Source of the DNA: the human T2T-CHM13v2.0 reference genome, Homo sapiens
DNA: 64,000 nt
Reading direction: 5' to 3' (one strand)
NCBI RefSeq assembly: GCF_009914755.1
Contig: NC_060934.1
The notes beneath the pieces were generated by a model. That model was not told the DNA's origin and searched no databases. It saw only the letters and a program-made list of their open reading frames with translations. Shown here piece by piece: positions 15,845-29,442 of the stretch. The first letter of the stretch is position 1; every line of letters begins with the position of its first letter. The position numbers were made by a program, and so were the translations under genes.

Positions 15845-16225
15845 TGAGGCACTTGTTAAAAATGTAGACTCTGGAATCTGCATTAAACCTGTTAAAGCAG
15901 AGTCTCATATGTACGATTACTAACTGCATTACCTTGAGCAGATTACCAACCCTTCAACCCAAGGGTTGGAAAACTATGGCCTGTGGACCAAAACGGGCCT
16001 TCTGCCTATTTTTGCGAATAAAAATTGTATTGAATTACAGTCACATCATTTGCCTTTTATCTATGGCTATATTTTAGCTAAAATAGCAGAGTTGTGTATT
16101 CATGACAGAAACCAGTTGGCCCATGAAACCTCAGAAATTCACATATTTGACCCTTTAGAGAAGAAATTTACTGATCTCTATTTTAATATCTTTAAATCTC
16201 ATTTTTCTCATGTGTAAAATCTATG
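15845..16225 (+). mobile_element. MIR, interrupted by MER58
   Basis: TAGACTCTGGAATC...TTACTAACTGCATTACCTTGAGCAGATTAC [insert] CTCATTTTTCTCATGTGTAAAAT. Confidence 0.6.
15960..16180 (+). mobile_element. MER58A (hAT-Charlie MITE)
   Basis: CAAGGGTTGGAAAACTATGGCCTGTGGACCAAA ... TGACCCTTTAGAGAAGAAATTTACTGATC. Confidence 0.8.
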
Positions 16226-16696
16226 TTATCTAAAAGTTTCTTGTATTTTTATACCAATTAATATAAAATATTATCCACTCCACCTAGAATATGAAAATGT
16301 TCAATTGCATGTTAGTTGCCAGCACAGCTGTTAACAGAAGAAAATTTATTCATTTCAACATTTAGGTATAATACCAACTCACACAGAAAGTAAAAGCACG
16401 GTGTCTTTTAATTTATAAATTTAAATTGAGATATTTTAGTTTTATAGGAGAAAAAAATCATTTTTAAGTTTCTGGAATCTCAATTTAAAAGGGTAAAAAT
16501 TACCTAAAACCCTGCAAGATTTATCGTGGAATTCCGAATTACCACTCATGCAATATTCATACATACATGTGAAAGTTTCACTCTCTTTTATACAACATAA
16601 TCATTCTTACATTTTAAAATTTCTCAGTAAACACATTTGTTTAATGAAAAATCAGGATTAGTAGTACCTTTTTCTTGTATAACATGAAAAAATCAT

Positions 16697-16995
16697 TTGA
16701 GTATAATTACCATAAAATTCACTTTTGTAAAGTATGCAATTCAGAGGTGTTCAGTGTATTCACAAAGTTATATGAATATTCAGAGCTGTGATCATCATCA
16801 CATAATTCCAGAATATTTCATCACTGCAGAAAGAAAGCCATACCTGTCAGCAGTCACTCCCTATTGTTCTCTTCCCAATGCCTGATAACTACCAATCTAT
16901 TTTCTTTGTTATAGATTTTCCTATTCCAACCATCTACAAATAGGATAATAGAGAAGGCCTTTTCCTGCTTGGTTTCTTTAATATGTTTTCAAGGT
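16697..16995 (-). mobile_element. L1MB 3' UTR fragment
   Basis: CATAAAATTCACTTTTGTAAAGTATGCAATTCAG...TAATTCCAGAATATTTCATCAC...AGCAGTCACTCC. Confidence 0.75.
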
Positions 16996-19900
16996 CAAAA
17001 ATACTTTTTACATGAATCCAAGGCAAATAGGCTGGTGGGAAGAGAAATAAAACATCATCAGATTTTAATGAATATAATTATCATAAACATATCCTACAGA
17101 TACATGTACATCCTTGAAAAAGTGATTATCAGAGATGATGACATAACATAGAATTACAAATTGTATTTATTTTATTAGGTCTTTCTGGATTCCTTTTAGA
17201 AAAATCAACAACTTTCAAGTTGACCTGCTGGTAAATGGGCTACTATTGTAGTAACTTTATCAGGAATGTTAGGGTTTGGATCATTAAAGCAAGTCTTAAA
17301 GCACGTGATCTGATAGTAGGAAATGAAATTCTTTTACCCTCATGCCTGTGAAGTCAGGTTCTTATTCTATTTTTCGAATTGTTTGTGTTTTTGTCTGGAA
17401 CATTTACTTTCTTTGGTTCATGATTAATAGAATAAGATTTCTTTTTCTGGGAAGTAGCAAGCTTTTGAACAAATATTAAGTGGAATCTAAACATTAACAA
17501 TCTGATGCTTATCTTTCATATAAATTTATACATATTCACCCTGAGGAAGAGTGTACATTTCGATAATAGTTAATGCAATAATCTTTCTTGTTAGTATCCC
17601 TGTTAATAAGAAATAGAAGTTTTATTTGTGGTGTTCGCATCTGATATATTTTTTAACATGTCCAAAGGAAGAATCTAGGACATCCCATTAACCATAAATG
17701 GGCTTTCTCTTTATTATCTATCAATCATTTAGTTAAATGCTAAGAATGAAAAACAGATTAGTCTTATGAATGACAGTCTATGTGGAACCTGAGATGTTTA
17801 AAGGGAAGATTCATTGGCATCAGACCAATATGATGAAAACTTCCTTGATAGTCTCTTGAGAAGACAGTCATGATATTATCACTTACTAGAAAGGATTAAG
17901 CCATAGGTGTAAGGGTACATGAATTATTGAACCATTTGCATCTCCAGTGTGCAGTATTTGTTCTTCCTGCTCCCCTGAACGTATGTGACTGAAGAGAAAG
18001 ACAGCATTATCCTCTAAAAGACAAATAGGTTTAATAAGTGCAGACACATTTCATTTATGTTACAAAATAAAGAATAGTTGTAGATCAACATTGCCATCAC
18101 CCAAATATAACCACTATCTAAGTTTCACTTTTTCTAAAGAAATAAAACATAATTTATGCATATGAGAGATGCTGTTATCTTCCCTGAAATTCCTTCCCTA
18201 ACACCATCCCCAGAGTTAATTTTATTTCTCTGTGTCAATTCTTCTCATCCATGTTAAAATATTCCTCAAAGTGTTTGTCATCCTAGACAATGTAAAAGGC
18301 ACACTTTCTTTCCTGTCCAATTAACAATGGAAATACTGAAAAACAAATACATCAAAATACCCACTTGTAATGAATGAGAAAATTTTGCTTTAGTTATCCA
18401 GATCTTTTAAGCACTTTTTGTCTCTATTTTATTTCTTTTTATTTTTTATTATACTTTAAGTTCTGGGATACATGTGCAGAACATGCAGGTTTGTTACATA
18501 GGTACACACATGTCATGGTGGTTTATTCCAAGCATCATCCCGTTAACCTACATTAGGTATTTCTCCTAATGCTATCCCTTCCCTAGCTCCCCAACCCCGA
18601 CAGGCACCAGTGTGTGATGTCCCCTCCCTGTGTCCGTATGTTCTCATTGTACAAGTCCCACTTATGAGTGAGAACATGCAGTGTTTGGTTTTCTGTTCCT
18701 GTGTTAGTTTTCTGAGAATTATGGTTTCCAGCTTCATCCATGTCCCTGCAAAGGACATGAATTCATCTTTTTTATGGCTGCATAGTATTCCATGGTGTAT
18801 ATGTGCCACATTGTTTTATCCAGTCTATCATTGATAGGCATTTGGGTTGGTTCAAAGTCTTTGCTATTGTGAACAGTGCTGCAATAAACATGCATGTGCA
18901 TGTGTCTTTATAGTAGAATAATTTATAATCCTTTGGGTATATACCCAGTAATGGGATTGCTGGGTCAAATGGTATTTCTGGTTTTAGATCCTTGAGGAGT
19001 GGCCACACTGTGTTCCACAATGGTTGTACTAACTTACACTCTCACCAACAGTGTAAAAGTGTTCCTATTTCTCCACATCCTCTCCAGCATCTGTTGTTTC
19101 CTGACTTTTTAATGATCGCCATTCTAACTGATGTGAGATGGTATTTCATTGGGGTTTTGATTTGCATTTCTCTAATGACCAGTGATGATGAGCTTTTTTC
19201 ATGTGTTTGTTGTCTGCATAAATGTCTTCTTTTGGGAAGTGTCTGTTCATGTCATTTGCCCACTTTTTGATGGGGTTGTTTGTTTTTTTCCTTGTAAATT
19301 TAAGTTGTTTGTAGATTCTGGATATTAGCCCTTTGTCAGATGAATAGATTGCAAAAATTTTCTCCTATTTGGTAGGTTGCCTCTTCACTCTGATGATAGT
19401 TTCTTTTGCTATGCAGAAGCTCTTTAGTTTAATTAGATCCCATTTGTCAATTGTGGCTTTTCTTGCCATTGTTTTTGCTGTCTTAGTCATGAAGTCTTTC
19501 TCCATGCCTATGTCCTGAATAGTATTGTCTAGGTTTTCTTCTGGGGTTTTTATGGTTTTAGGCCTTAGGTTTAAGTGTTTAATCCATCTTGAGTTAATTT
19601 TTATATAAGGTGTAAGAAAGGGGTCCAGTTTCAGTTTTCTGCATATGGCTAGCCAGTTTTCCCAACACCATTTATCAAATAGGAAATCCTTTCCCGATTG
19701 CTTGTTTTTGACAGGTTTGTCAAAGATCAGATGTTTGCAAATGTGTGGCATTATTTCTGAGGCCTCTTTTCTGGTCCATTGGTCTATATATCTGTTGTGG
19801 TACAAGTACCATGCTGTTTTGGTTACTGTAGCCTTCTAGTATAGTTTGAAGTCAGGTAGCATGATGCCTCCAGCTTTGTTCTTTTTGCTTAGGATTGTCT

Positions 19901-20889
19901 TGGCTATATGGGCTCTTTTTTGGTTCCATGTGAAATTTAAAGTAGTTTTTTCTAATTCCATGAAGAAAGTCAATGGTAGTTTGATGGGGATAGCATTGAA
20001 TCTATATTACTTTAGGCAGTATGGCCATTTTCATTATATTGATTCTTTCTATCCATGAGCATGGAATATTTTTCCATTTGTTTGTGTCCTCTCTTGTTTT
20101 CTTCAGCAGTGGTTTGTAGTTGTCCTCGAAGAGGTCCTTCACATCCCTTGTAAGTTGTATTCCTAGGTATTTTATTCACTTTGTAGCAATTGTGAATCAG
20201 AGTTCATTCATGATTAGGTTTTCTGTTTGTCTATAATTGGTGTATACGAATGCTTGTGATTTCTGCACATCGATCTTGTATCCTGAGATTTTGCTGAAGT
20301 TGCTTATCAGCTTAAGGAGATTTGGGGCTGAGATGATGGGGTTTTCTAAATATACAATATTGTCATCTGCAAACAGAGACAATTTGACTTCCTCTCTTCC
20401 TATTTGAATACCCTTTATTTTTTTCTCTTGCCTGATTGCCTTAGCCAGAACTTCCAATACCATGTTGAATAGAAGTGGTGAGAGAGGGCATCCTCATCTT
20501 GTGCCGGTTTTCAGTGGGAATGCTTCCAGCTTTTGCCCATTCAGTATGATATTGGCTGTGGGTTTGTCATAAATAGCTCTAATTATTTTGAGATACGTCT
20601 CATCAGTACCTAGTTTACTGAGGGTTTTTAGCATGAAGGAGTGCTGAATTTTACTGAAGGGATTTTCTGCATCTATTGAAATAATCATGTGGTTTTTGTC
20701 ACTGGTTCTGTTTATGCGATGGATTACATTTATTGTTTTGCATATGTTGAACCAGGCTTGCATCCCAGGGATGAAGCTGGCTTGATCATGGTGGATAATA
20801 TTTTTTATGTGCTGCTGGATTCAGTTGGTCAGTATTTTATTGAGGATTTTCGCATTGATGTCCATCAAGGATATTGGCCTGAAATATTA

Positions 20890-21081
<192 letters not shown>

Positions 21082-21236
21082 CTATTAATTACTGCCCCAA
21101 TTTCGGAACTTGTTATTGGTCTATTCAGGGATTGGACTTCTTCCTGGTTTAGTCTTGGGAGGGTGTATGTGTCCAGGATTGTATCCATTTCTTCTAGATT
21201 TTCTAGTTTATTTAGGTAGAGGTGTTCATAATATTA

Positions 21237-21350
<114 letters not shown>

Positions 21351-22156
21351 TTAATCTTTTCAGAAAAACAGTTCCTGGATTCATTGATCTTTTGAAGGGT
21401 TTTTCACGTCTCTATCTCCTTCAGTTCTGCTCTGATGTTAGCTATTTCTTGTCTTCTGCTAGCTTTTGAATTTGTTTGCTCTTGCTTCTCTAGTTATTTT
21501 AATTGTGATGTTAGGGTGTCGATTTTAGATCTTTTCTGCTTTCTCCTTTGGGCATTTTGTGCTATAAATTTCCGTTTAAACACTGCTTTAACTGTGTCCC
21601 AGAGATTCTGTTATGTTGTGTCTTTGTTCTCATTGGTTTCAAAGAACTTACTTATTTCTGCCTTAATTTCATTATCTACTCAGTAGTCATTCAGGAGCAG
21701 GTTGTTCAGTTTCCATGTAATTGTGTGGTTTGAGGGAGTTTCCTAATCCTGAGTTCTAATTTGATTGCACTGTGGTCTGAGAGACTGTTTGTTATGATTT
21801 CCATTCTTTTGCATTTGCTGAGGAGTGTTTTACTTCCAATTATGTGGTCAATTTTAGGATAAGTGTGATGTGTTGTTGAGAAGAATGTATACTCTGCTTA
21901 TTTGGGGTGGAGAGTTCTGTAGATGTCTATTAGGTCTGCTTGGTCCAGAGCTGAGTTCAAGTCTTGAATATCCTTGTTAATTTTCTGTTTTGTAGATCTG
22001 TCTGATATTGACAGTGGGATGTTAAAGTCCCCATTATTGTGTGGGAGTCTAAGTCTCTTTGTAGGTTTCTAAAAACTTGCTTTATGAAACTGGGTTCTTC
22101 TGTATTGGGTGCATATATATTTAGGATGGTTAGCTCTTCTTGTGGGATTGATCCCT

Positions 22157-22555
22157 TTACCTTATGTAATACCCTTCTTTGTCTTTTTTGATCTTTGTTG
22201 GTTTAAAGTCTGTTTTATCAGAGACTAGGATACTTGTGTATGCCTTGTAAAGTTCTCGTGCTATGTTTTTCAGCTCCACCAAGTCATTTATGTTCTTCTC
22301 TAAACTGGTTATTCTAGTTAACAATTCCTCTAACCTTCTTTCAAGGTTCTTAGTTTCCTTGTATTGGGCTAGAACATACTCTTTCAGTTCAGAGGAGTTT
22401 GTTATTATCCACTTTCTGCAGTCTACTTCTGTCAGTTTGTCAAATTCTTTCACCGACCAGTTTTGTTCCCTTGCTGGCGAGGAGTTGTGATCCTTTGGAG
22501 AAGAGGCGTTCTGGTTTTTGGAATTTTCAGCCTTTTTGCACTGGTTTTTCCTCAT
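22157..22555 (-). pseudogene. L1 ORF1p N-terminus fused in frame to ORF2p endonuclease residues
   Basis: Track ORF reads ...ELKNIARELYKAYTS|ILVSDKTDFKPTKIKKDKEGYY; junction at ~22230. Confidence 0.85.
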
Positions 22556-23263
22556 CTTTGTGGATTTATCTACCTCTGGTCTTTGATGTTGTTGACCTTC
22601 AGATGGGGTTTCTATGTGGAAGTCCTTTTTGTTGTTGTTGACGCTATTCCTTTCCATTTGTTAGTTTTCCTTCTAACAGTCAGACCCCTCTTCTGCAGGT
22701 CTGCTGGAGTTTGCTGGAAGCCCACTCCGGACCCTGTTTGCCTGGGTATCACCAGCAGAGACTGCAGAACAGCAAAGATTGCTGCCTGTTCCTTCCTTTG
22801 GAAGCTTCCTCACAGAGGGGCACCCTCCAGATCCCAGCTGGAGCTCTCCTGTATGAGGTGTTTGTCAATCCCTGCTGGGAGGTGTCTCCCAGTCAGGAGG
22901 CACTGGGGTCAGGGACCCACTTGAGGAGGCAGTCTGTCCCTTAGCAGAGCTTCAGCTCTGTGTTGGGAGATCTGCTGCTCTCTTCAGAGCCAGCAGGCAG
23001 GAATATTTAAGTCTGCTGAAGCTGCACCCACAGCTGCCCCTTCCCCCAGGTGCTCTGTCCCAGGCAGATGGGAGTTTTATCTATAAGCCCCTGACTGGGG
23101 CTGTTGCCTTTCTTTCAGAGATGCCCTGCCCAGAGAGGAGGAATCTAGAGAGGCAGTCTGGCTACAGACACTTTGCAGAGCTGCAGTGGGCTCCGCCCAG
23201 TTTGTACTTCCCAGTGGTTTTGTTTATACTGTGAGGGGAAAACTGCATACTCAAGCCTCAGTT

Positions 23264-23482
23264 ATGGCAGACGCCCCTCCCCTCACCAAGCTGGAGCGTC
23301 CTAGCTTGGCTTCCGACTGCTCTGCTGGCAATGAGAATTTCAAGCCAGTGGATTTTAGCTTGCCAGGCTCTGTGCAGGTGGGATCCACTGAGCTAGACCA
23401 CTTGGCTCCCTGGCTTCAGCCCCCTTTCCAGGGGAGTGAACGGTTCTATCTCGCTGGTGTTCCAGGTACCACTGGGGTATGA
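23264..23482 (+). CDS. L1 antisense ORF0-like frame, 72 aa (translation unproven)
   Basis: MADAPPLTKLERPSLASDCSAGNE... resembles L1 ORF0 (MAGAPPPASLPPCSLISDCCASNQ...); ATG in GTTATGG context. Confidence 0.35.
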   Translation: MADAPPLTKLERPSLASDCSAGNENFKPVDFSLPGSVQVGSTELDHLAPWLQPPFQGSERFYLAGVPGTTGV

Positions 23483-23860
23483 AAACAAAACAAAACAAAA
23501 AAACCTCCTGCAGCTAACTTGGTGTCTGCCCAAATGGCTGCCCAGTTTTGTGCTTGAAACCCAGGGCCCTGGTGGCGTAGGCCCCTGAGGGAATCTCCTG
23601 GTCTGTGGGTTGCAAAAATTGTGGGAAAAGTGTAATATCTGGGCCGGCGTGCACCATTCCTCATGGCATAGTCCCTCATGGCTTCCCTTGGCTAGGGGAG
23701 GGAGTTCCCTTGTGCTTCCTGGGTGAGGTGATGCCCCACCATGCTTCAGGTCACCCTCCGTGGGCTGCACCCACTGTCTAAGCAGTCCCAATGAGATGAG
23801 CCGGGTACCTCAGTTGGAAATGCAGAAATTACCCGCCTTCTGTATTGATCTCACTGTATT

Positions 23861-23893
23861 GACAGGGCGAGACTCCGTCTCAAAACAAAACAA
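23861..23893 (+). mobile_element. Isolated Alu 3' tail fragment
   Basis: GACAGGGCGAGACTCCGTCTCAAAACAAAACAA. Confidence 0.8.
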
Positions 23894-23899
23894 CTTATG

Positions 23900-24432
23900 T
23901 CTAACATACTTAATGAAATGCTTTCTCCCTAAGAACAGGAACAAGACAAGGTATGCTCTTTACTGCTTGCATTAAATAAAATGTAATCCATATGTTGCAT
24001 CATACGCAAATACTGTTCAAAAATAAACTTCTGGAAGAAAATTTGGGGAAAAATCTAATGTTAGATTAGGCAGTTTTTTTAAGGACAATAACAAAAGCAC
24101 AATCTATAAAACCAAACTTTGACAAGTTAAAATTCATCAAAATGAAAACATTGTTAAGTAACTGGAAAGTCAAACCATAAACTGGGAGAAAATACCTGAA
24201 AGTAACATATTTAGTAAAGGAATTGTACCAGAAATATATTTTAAAAACTCTCAAAACTCAATACTATAAGAAAAAACTGAAAGATGGGTAATATATTTAA
24301 ACAAACACTTCAACAAAGAAGAAACATGAAAGATAAGTAAGTATATGAGAAGATGCTCAATTTCATCACTTATTGGAGAAAAGAAAATTAAAGCCATAAT
24401 GAGACACTACTATGTACTTATTAGAATGGGCA
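23900..24432 (+). mobile_element. Old L1M ORF2 fragments
   Basis: GCTTTCTCCCTAAGAACAGGAACAAGACAAGG; CTGGGAGAAAATA; AGATGCTCAA; CATAATGAGACACTAC. Confidence 0.7.
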
Positions 24433-27400
24433 GCACACAAGTATTGATAATATTGAAGAGATTTTGATATGAGAAACCAGAAATAGGACATTGTTTCTGA
24501 AAATTTTTTCAGTGGGTCAAAACTGAACTTTTCTGCCACTGATATGTCAAAACTTACTTCCTAAATGCAGACAAATTTTTATTTTTCAAAGTATTGTCAT
24601 AAATCGTTCCTTTGAAAAGAAATCAAAAGGAACAAAAATGTTATATATGATGTTACCTTAACTAATTACTTTTACTGGATTTCCTGAGCTAAGACAGAGC
24701 TGCCACAGTACTGTTGTTAGATAGAAAGTTGTTCTGGCCTCATTCAAGAGGATATTATTCTCCATTATAATTGCAGTGTTAAAGAGTAATCATCTTTATA
24801 AAGAGTGAAAGCTTTACCCAAATCTAATCTTAAGTATATTCTAAATCACAGCCTTTCATAATCCATGATATATTCTGAGGGAAAATCTCAGACTATAAGA
24901 GAGACAGCTAATCCAGATGGGGATCTGAAATAATTGGCATTGTACTTTTATAGCTCTCTCTTAACTCTCAAATCAATCTTGCAATAATATTTTTAAAATT
25001 ACTGTCTATCCAGTTGCCTCATTAAGTTATACAATATTCTCAGACATTACATCGCTATTATGACATGAAAATGCATATTTAATGAGACAAAAGTTGTTTA
25101 ATTCAAATATATATGGTGTGTATATATATATGGTTTTTCTTTTCTACCTGAATATAAAACTCTGCTTGTATACAACTTGTAAATAAATGATAAGAAGGTT
25201 GCATGCAAATTAAAAAACAGAAGCTCATTGTATATATTAACTGCTTATTAATCTTTTATTTATGCATATTATTTTTAGAACAGTGGCTAGAAATTGAATG
25301 TGTGCAAATTTTTTATATAAGAAATGATTTATTTTAGACATTAGTACTATCAGCCAAAAATCCTATTATTTTTCTGAAGTATTTTAATTCTCACAAACAT
25401 ATAATAACAATGAATTATTTTTAAGTTCGTACTGTTTGAATGATTTCACTGTTTCAGTTTACTAGACAAAATGAACTCTGTATTTTAGAATGATAGTGCA
25501 ATTTTGTTAACATAAAACACAAAACCAAAAAAATGAAATTATTTATTTAGTTGTCTTCATTATTAAAAGAATGATGTTTTCTTCTTTATCTACATAAACC
25601 ACTAGATGATCTAGTCAAATAAATATCCAACTCTACTAAAAGAATACAAAATGCAAATTCTGTCTGCTTTAGGAAGAAAAATTAGATTCTCCTGAAGGTT
25701 TAGGCTTCCCATTCTTCCTTTATGAGACAGAGGACTGTGCCACTCTGCCACCCCTAGTAGCTAAAGAAAACACTTATCATTGAGCCTTATTGGAGGTAGA
25801 AGACAGCATTTAAACTAATGTCCATGCAGTATGATACTAGGGATGATTTAAGAACAATAAGCTCCTTACATTTCAGTTAAGATTCCTATTCCCCTAGCTA
25901 AATTATTTAGGAAAGTATTGCAATATTGATTCGAGTTAGTAACGTGGGAAAGTATTTGCCTCTGACTGGAAAATACAGGACTTGAAATTGAAGACCTTGT
26001 GAAATTTAAAACTCTTTTGTTCGTTAGGAGTTCTAAAAACAACACTCACCTTTATTAGCCAGAGGGCTAACAGCTTTAACAACAGAAGATTAAACAAATA
26101 AACATTTCATAAATGTGTTATCAGACTAATTTTATTTTGAGTTCAGACTTTTAATCACATTTTTGAATATCTGTTGCCTTCTTACTTATCGAACATGTTT
26201 ATATAATATTATTTGTGCTTTAATGAACTAAAAACATCTATTGTTTCAGAAGATTATTTGGAAAGAAGATGATCTGTACGTTGCAGCAATAATATACTTC
26301 AATGTTATTTATTTCAAGTTTCCAATCCCCAAATTTTTACCCAAATCAGAGTTTGCATTTATACATAAATCTATTAAGGTTTTTCCTAATAATAGTTTAG
26401 TATTTATTCCCTCTGATATTTGTATATATATATTATCTGAAGCAAAATACATACCTAAATATTTGTGTATTTCCCCAGATACATTTCTTCTATTATCTTT
26501 AATAAATCTGCTGCCATTTTCTGGGTGTCTGTTGTAGATGAGAAGCTTTATATACCTACCTCAAATAATCTTTATAATCAGACCTATTACAGAAGAACAC
26601 ACAGACTTATATCAAGAATCTGCCTCCATCACCTACCTTGTAAGGGGTTGAAGTAAGAGCTCAACATTTTCCTTTCTAGCATCAAGCTTATGATCCCCTC
26701 ACTTCGCCATGTCACCTTTCCATAAAAGAAACCCCAAACTTCATTCCATGAATTAGTTGAACATATATCTCTCCAAAAAGGGAAAAAATAAGTTTCTCAC
26801 CTAAAAATTAAGTAATGTGCTAAATACATCACCCCTGAAGAATTTACAGTATACCTTAGTCTATAAAACTCCAAAATATTGACTTGCCCCTCGTTTCCTT
26901 TCCATTTAAAATGTATCCAAACTTACTGATTGTAGTACTCTTTCTTCAAGTTTTGTCTACTGTCATGTTTTTGCTGCCCTAGTATTTATTAAATTCACAA
27001 AGAAATAGCATTATCTGACTAATGTTCATAGTATAGAAGGGGCTAATTTAGGTTAAAGATGGCTAGCATCAGTTTTGTGCTGTAACTTTTGGGGCAGCGA
27101 TTCAAGATAAAAAAAAAATATTTTCCAAGATGATCATCTAAAATTTCAGGATGTTCAAAAGGATGACTCTAACTGTAAATAATTTTTTTTTCCAAAAATG
27201 TATTTTGTTAGAAAAAAAAGCCAGTTGCTGTAGATTGTCCAAGTCATACTTTTTCCCCCCTGCACCAGCACCTCTGGACTAAGTATAGGATATTTGGGTA
27301 GTGATTACACATGTACATTTCATTTCCCTTTACTCATTCACTAAGTTTCATGGACAAAGGCCCATGTTAAATCCATTTTTCTGTCAGTCACATAAGGAAA

Positions 27401-27849
27401 TATTTCCTCCCTGTGTTCATTCTAAAGAAAAGGAAAAACTCTCATTTATTACAAGTAGTATCAAGGTAACAAAAGGTTGAATATATGAGCTGTTGACTCA
27501 TCATAGCAGCAAAGCATACAAAACTATTTCAATAGAAAGGCTTCAAAAGATTTTATGAAAAAATCTGAAACCTAAGCATTGCAGAAAATGTGAAGCTACA
27601 AAGTTTGTCTTGAACTTGATATCATATTAAGTATGACGCAGATTAGCCCTTCCAAATACCAGTTTCCTTCATGATAACCCCAATAACATAGAGACCACCA
27701 CTGGACTTCCTAGATTCCCCAGTTATTTTTATTTTGTTGTCTTTTGTTTTGCTTTCACTGTACTCATTGTACTGCCCAAGGGACTCCTTCCTATTCTGGG
27801 AAATACTGTACAGCCAAGTTGTTTTATCCTCCTTTGAGAAATGATTAAC

Positions 27850-27995
27850 TGAAGAAAGAGAAGGCTTGACAGACAGCTTGGAGTTCATGACTGTCTTCAG
27901 ATACTCAATGCTTCTTAATGCTTCAGGGACAGAAATAGGCTAATGAGACAGAGTTATAGGGAAATAATTTTGACCCCAAATAAGAAGAACTCTGA
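27850..27995 (+). mobile_element. CR1/L3 LINE 3' fragment
   Basis: AGAGAAGGCTTG...CTGTCTTCAGATA...GGGACAGAAATAGGCTAATG...AAATAAGAAGAACT. Confidence 0.55.
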
Positions 27996-28014
27996 TGCTA
28001 GGGTTATTTTTATT

Positions 28015-28232
28015 TAAACACTTTGCTAGGTACATGACCTATGTCCTTTCCTATATTGTTCCAACCACTTCTTCATGTAGTACATATTATTGTATGTCCA
28101 CGCTAAGTGAAAAAGTTGTAACTCAGAAAGTAGTTTACAGGTCCAAGGTAACACAAGTGATTGTTGAAGCTGGGATACAAATATATTAGGCTGATATTAA
28201 AGTCCATGATTTATTTCACTGCACCCTGCTAC
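28015..28232 (-). mobile_element. MIR
   Basis: GTCCAAGGTAACACAAGTG...AGCTGGGATACAAA...AAAGTCCATG...CACTGCACCCTGCT. Confidence 0.6.
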
Positions 28233-29423
28233 TTCCAGGTGGACTGCTTTCTATTCTGTGGAATATCAATCAGCTGATGCTGTTGTTAATTTCTCTGACG
28301 TTTACAGAATATATCCAAAGTCATTTGGATTGATTCAATGGATAATATAATCCTTTATCCACTTAATCGTTTTCATTGTCTCCAAAGGGTAAATATTTTG
28401 ATAATGATACCTAACATTTGGGAAGAGGAATGATCTTTCTTGAATTTCTCCATTATGTATAGAGATTACATATTTGGGAAAGAATTAAGAAACTGTTTTA
28501 AGTCACTGTTTATTTCCAGGGTAAACAGCACATCTCTTTCACTTAAGATCATATAATAATTTTACAAAGAGCTTCAGTCAGGAGAATAATTATTCAGTGC
28601 CATCTGCTGCATATAATGAATTCTGTTAGCTTCTAATAGGTTCCTTCTTTAAATAGACAGCTTACCAATATAATACTTTTCCTTTTCACATTTTTTTTTA
28701 GCTTACAATAGCTTGAGCTCATTTTTTTGCTCAATTCAATTCAGGGCCTGGCAACCTAATCTGAGGGATTGCTTCTAATTGCCTTCAATGGCATCTGGAA
28801 CTTGTATAGTAACATTTCTTCAAGTTAAAACAAAGAAACTTTTCATATTCAAAGCAACTGCTCTACCAGTGTTGTGATTTTTCATGAATCAATTGTCAAA
28901 ATAAAACAAGGATAATCTTATTGTCAGTTAATATTTTTGATGTTTTCATAAATATATAAATTTGTATAGAAATTAAAAGGAAATCAGATTAATTATTTAG
29001 AAATTGTAATTAGTCCCAAACTGGTCTTGAGTAAAAATAAAGAACTGATCCTAGTTTGCTCCACCGTATCAATCTTCAGTGTCATTGATTACAGTGGGTA
29101 AACAGAATTAGCTGGCCCTTTGAATAAGATTAACTGGCTTAGTCTAAGCATTTGAGCTTGCTATGTACCATATTCAATTCCAAACTTCACAAGAGTTTGG
29201 GGTGATAGGCTAACAATTCATTTGATTTTGTGGAGGTTTATCCAAAAATCCTCTAATAAAATACCAATTAAAATATCATGGATGTAACTATTTAAACATA
29301 TTGACTAAATCATCTGGCAATCTGCACAGCTTTAAATGATCTTTAATTATAGTCCTGGGCAGAAGACACAATCAAACTAGAAATGGATTGACCTAATGAC
29401 TATAACTTCATAACCAGCTTAAG

Positions 29424-29442
29424 AGTGTGTGTGTGTGTGTGT
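29424..29442. repeat. (GT)n microsatellite
   Basis: Directly visible, about 9 units. Confidence 0.85.

Noticed and set aside
22225-22240. ORF1-ORF2 junction as a spliced L1 RNA that retrotransposed
   Set aside because: The nearby GT (ACAA|GTATC) and AG (CCTAG|) are both retained in the product; the join fits ATC microhomology instead
25740-25765. Second CTCF-like motif (GCCACCCCTAGTAG)
   Set aside because: Several mismatches in core positions
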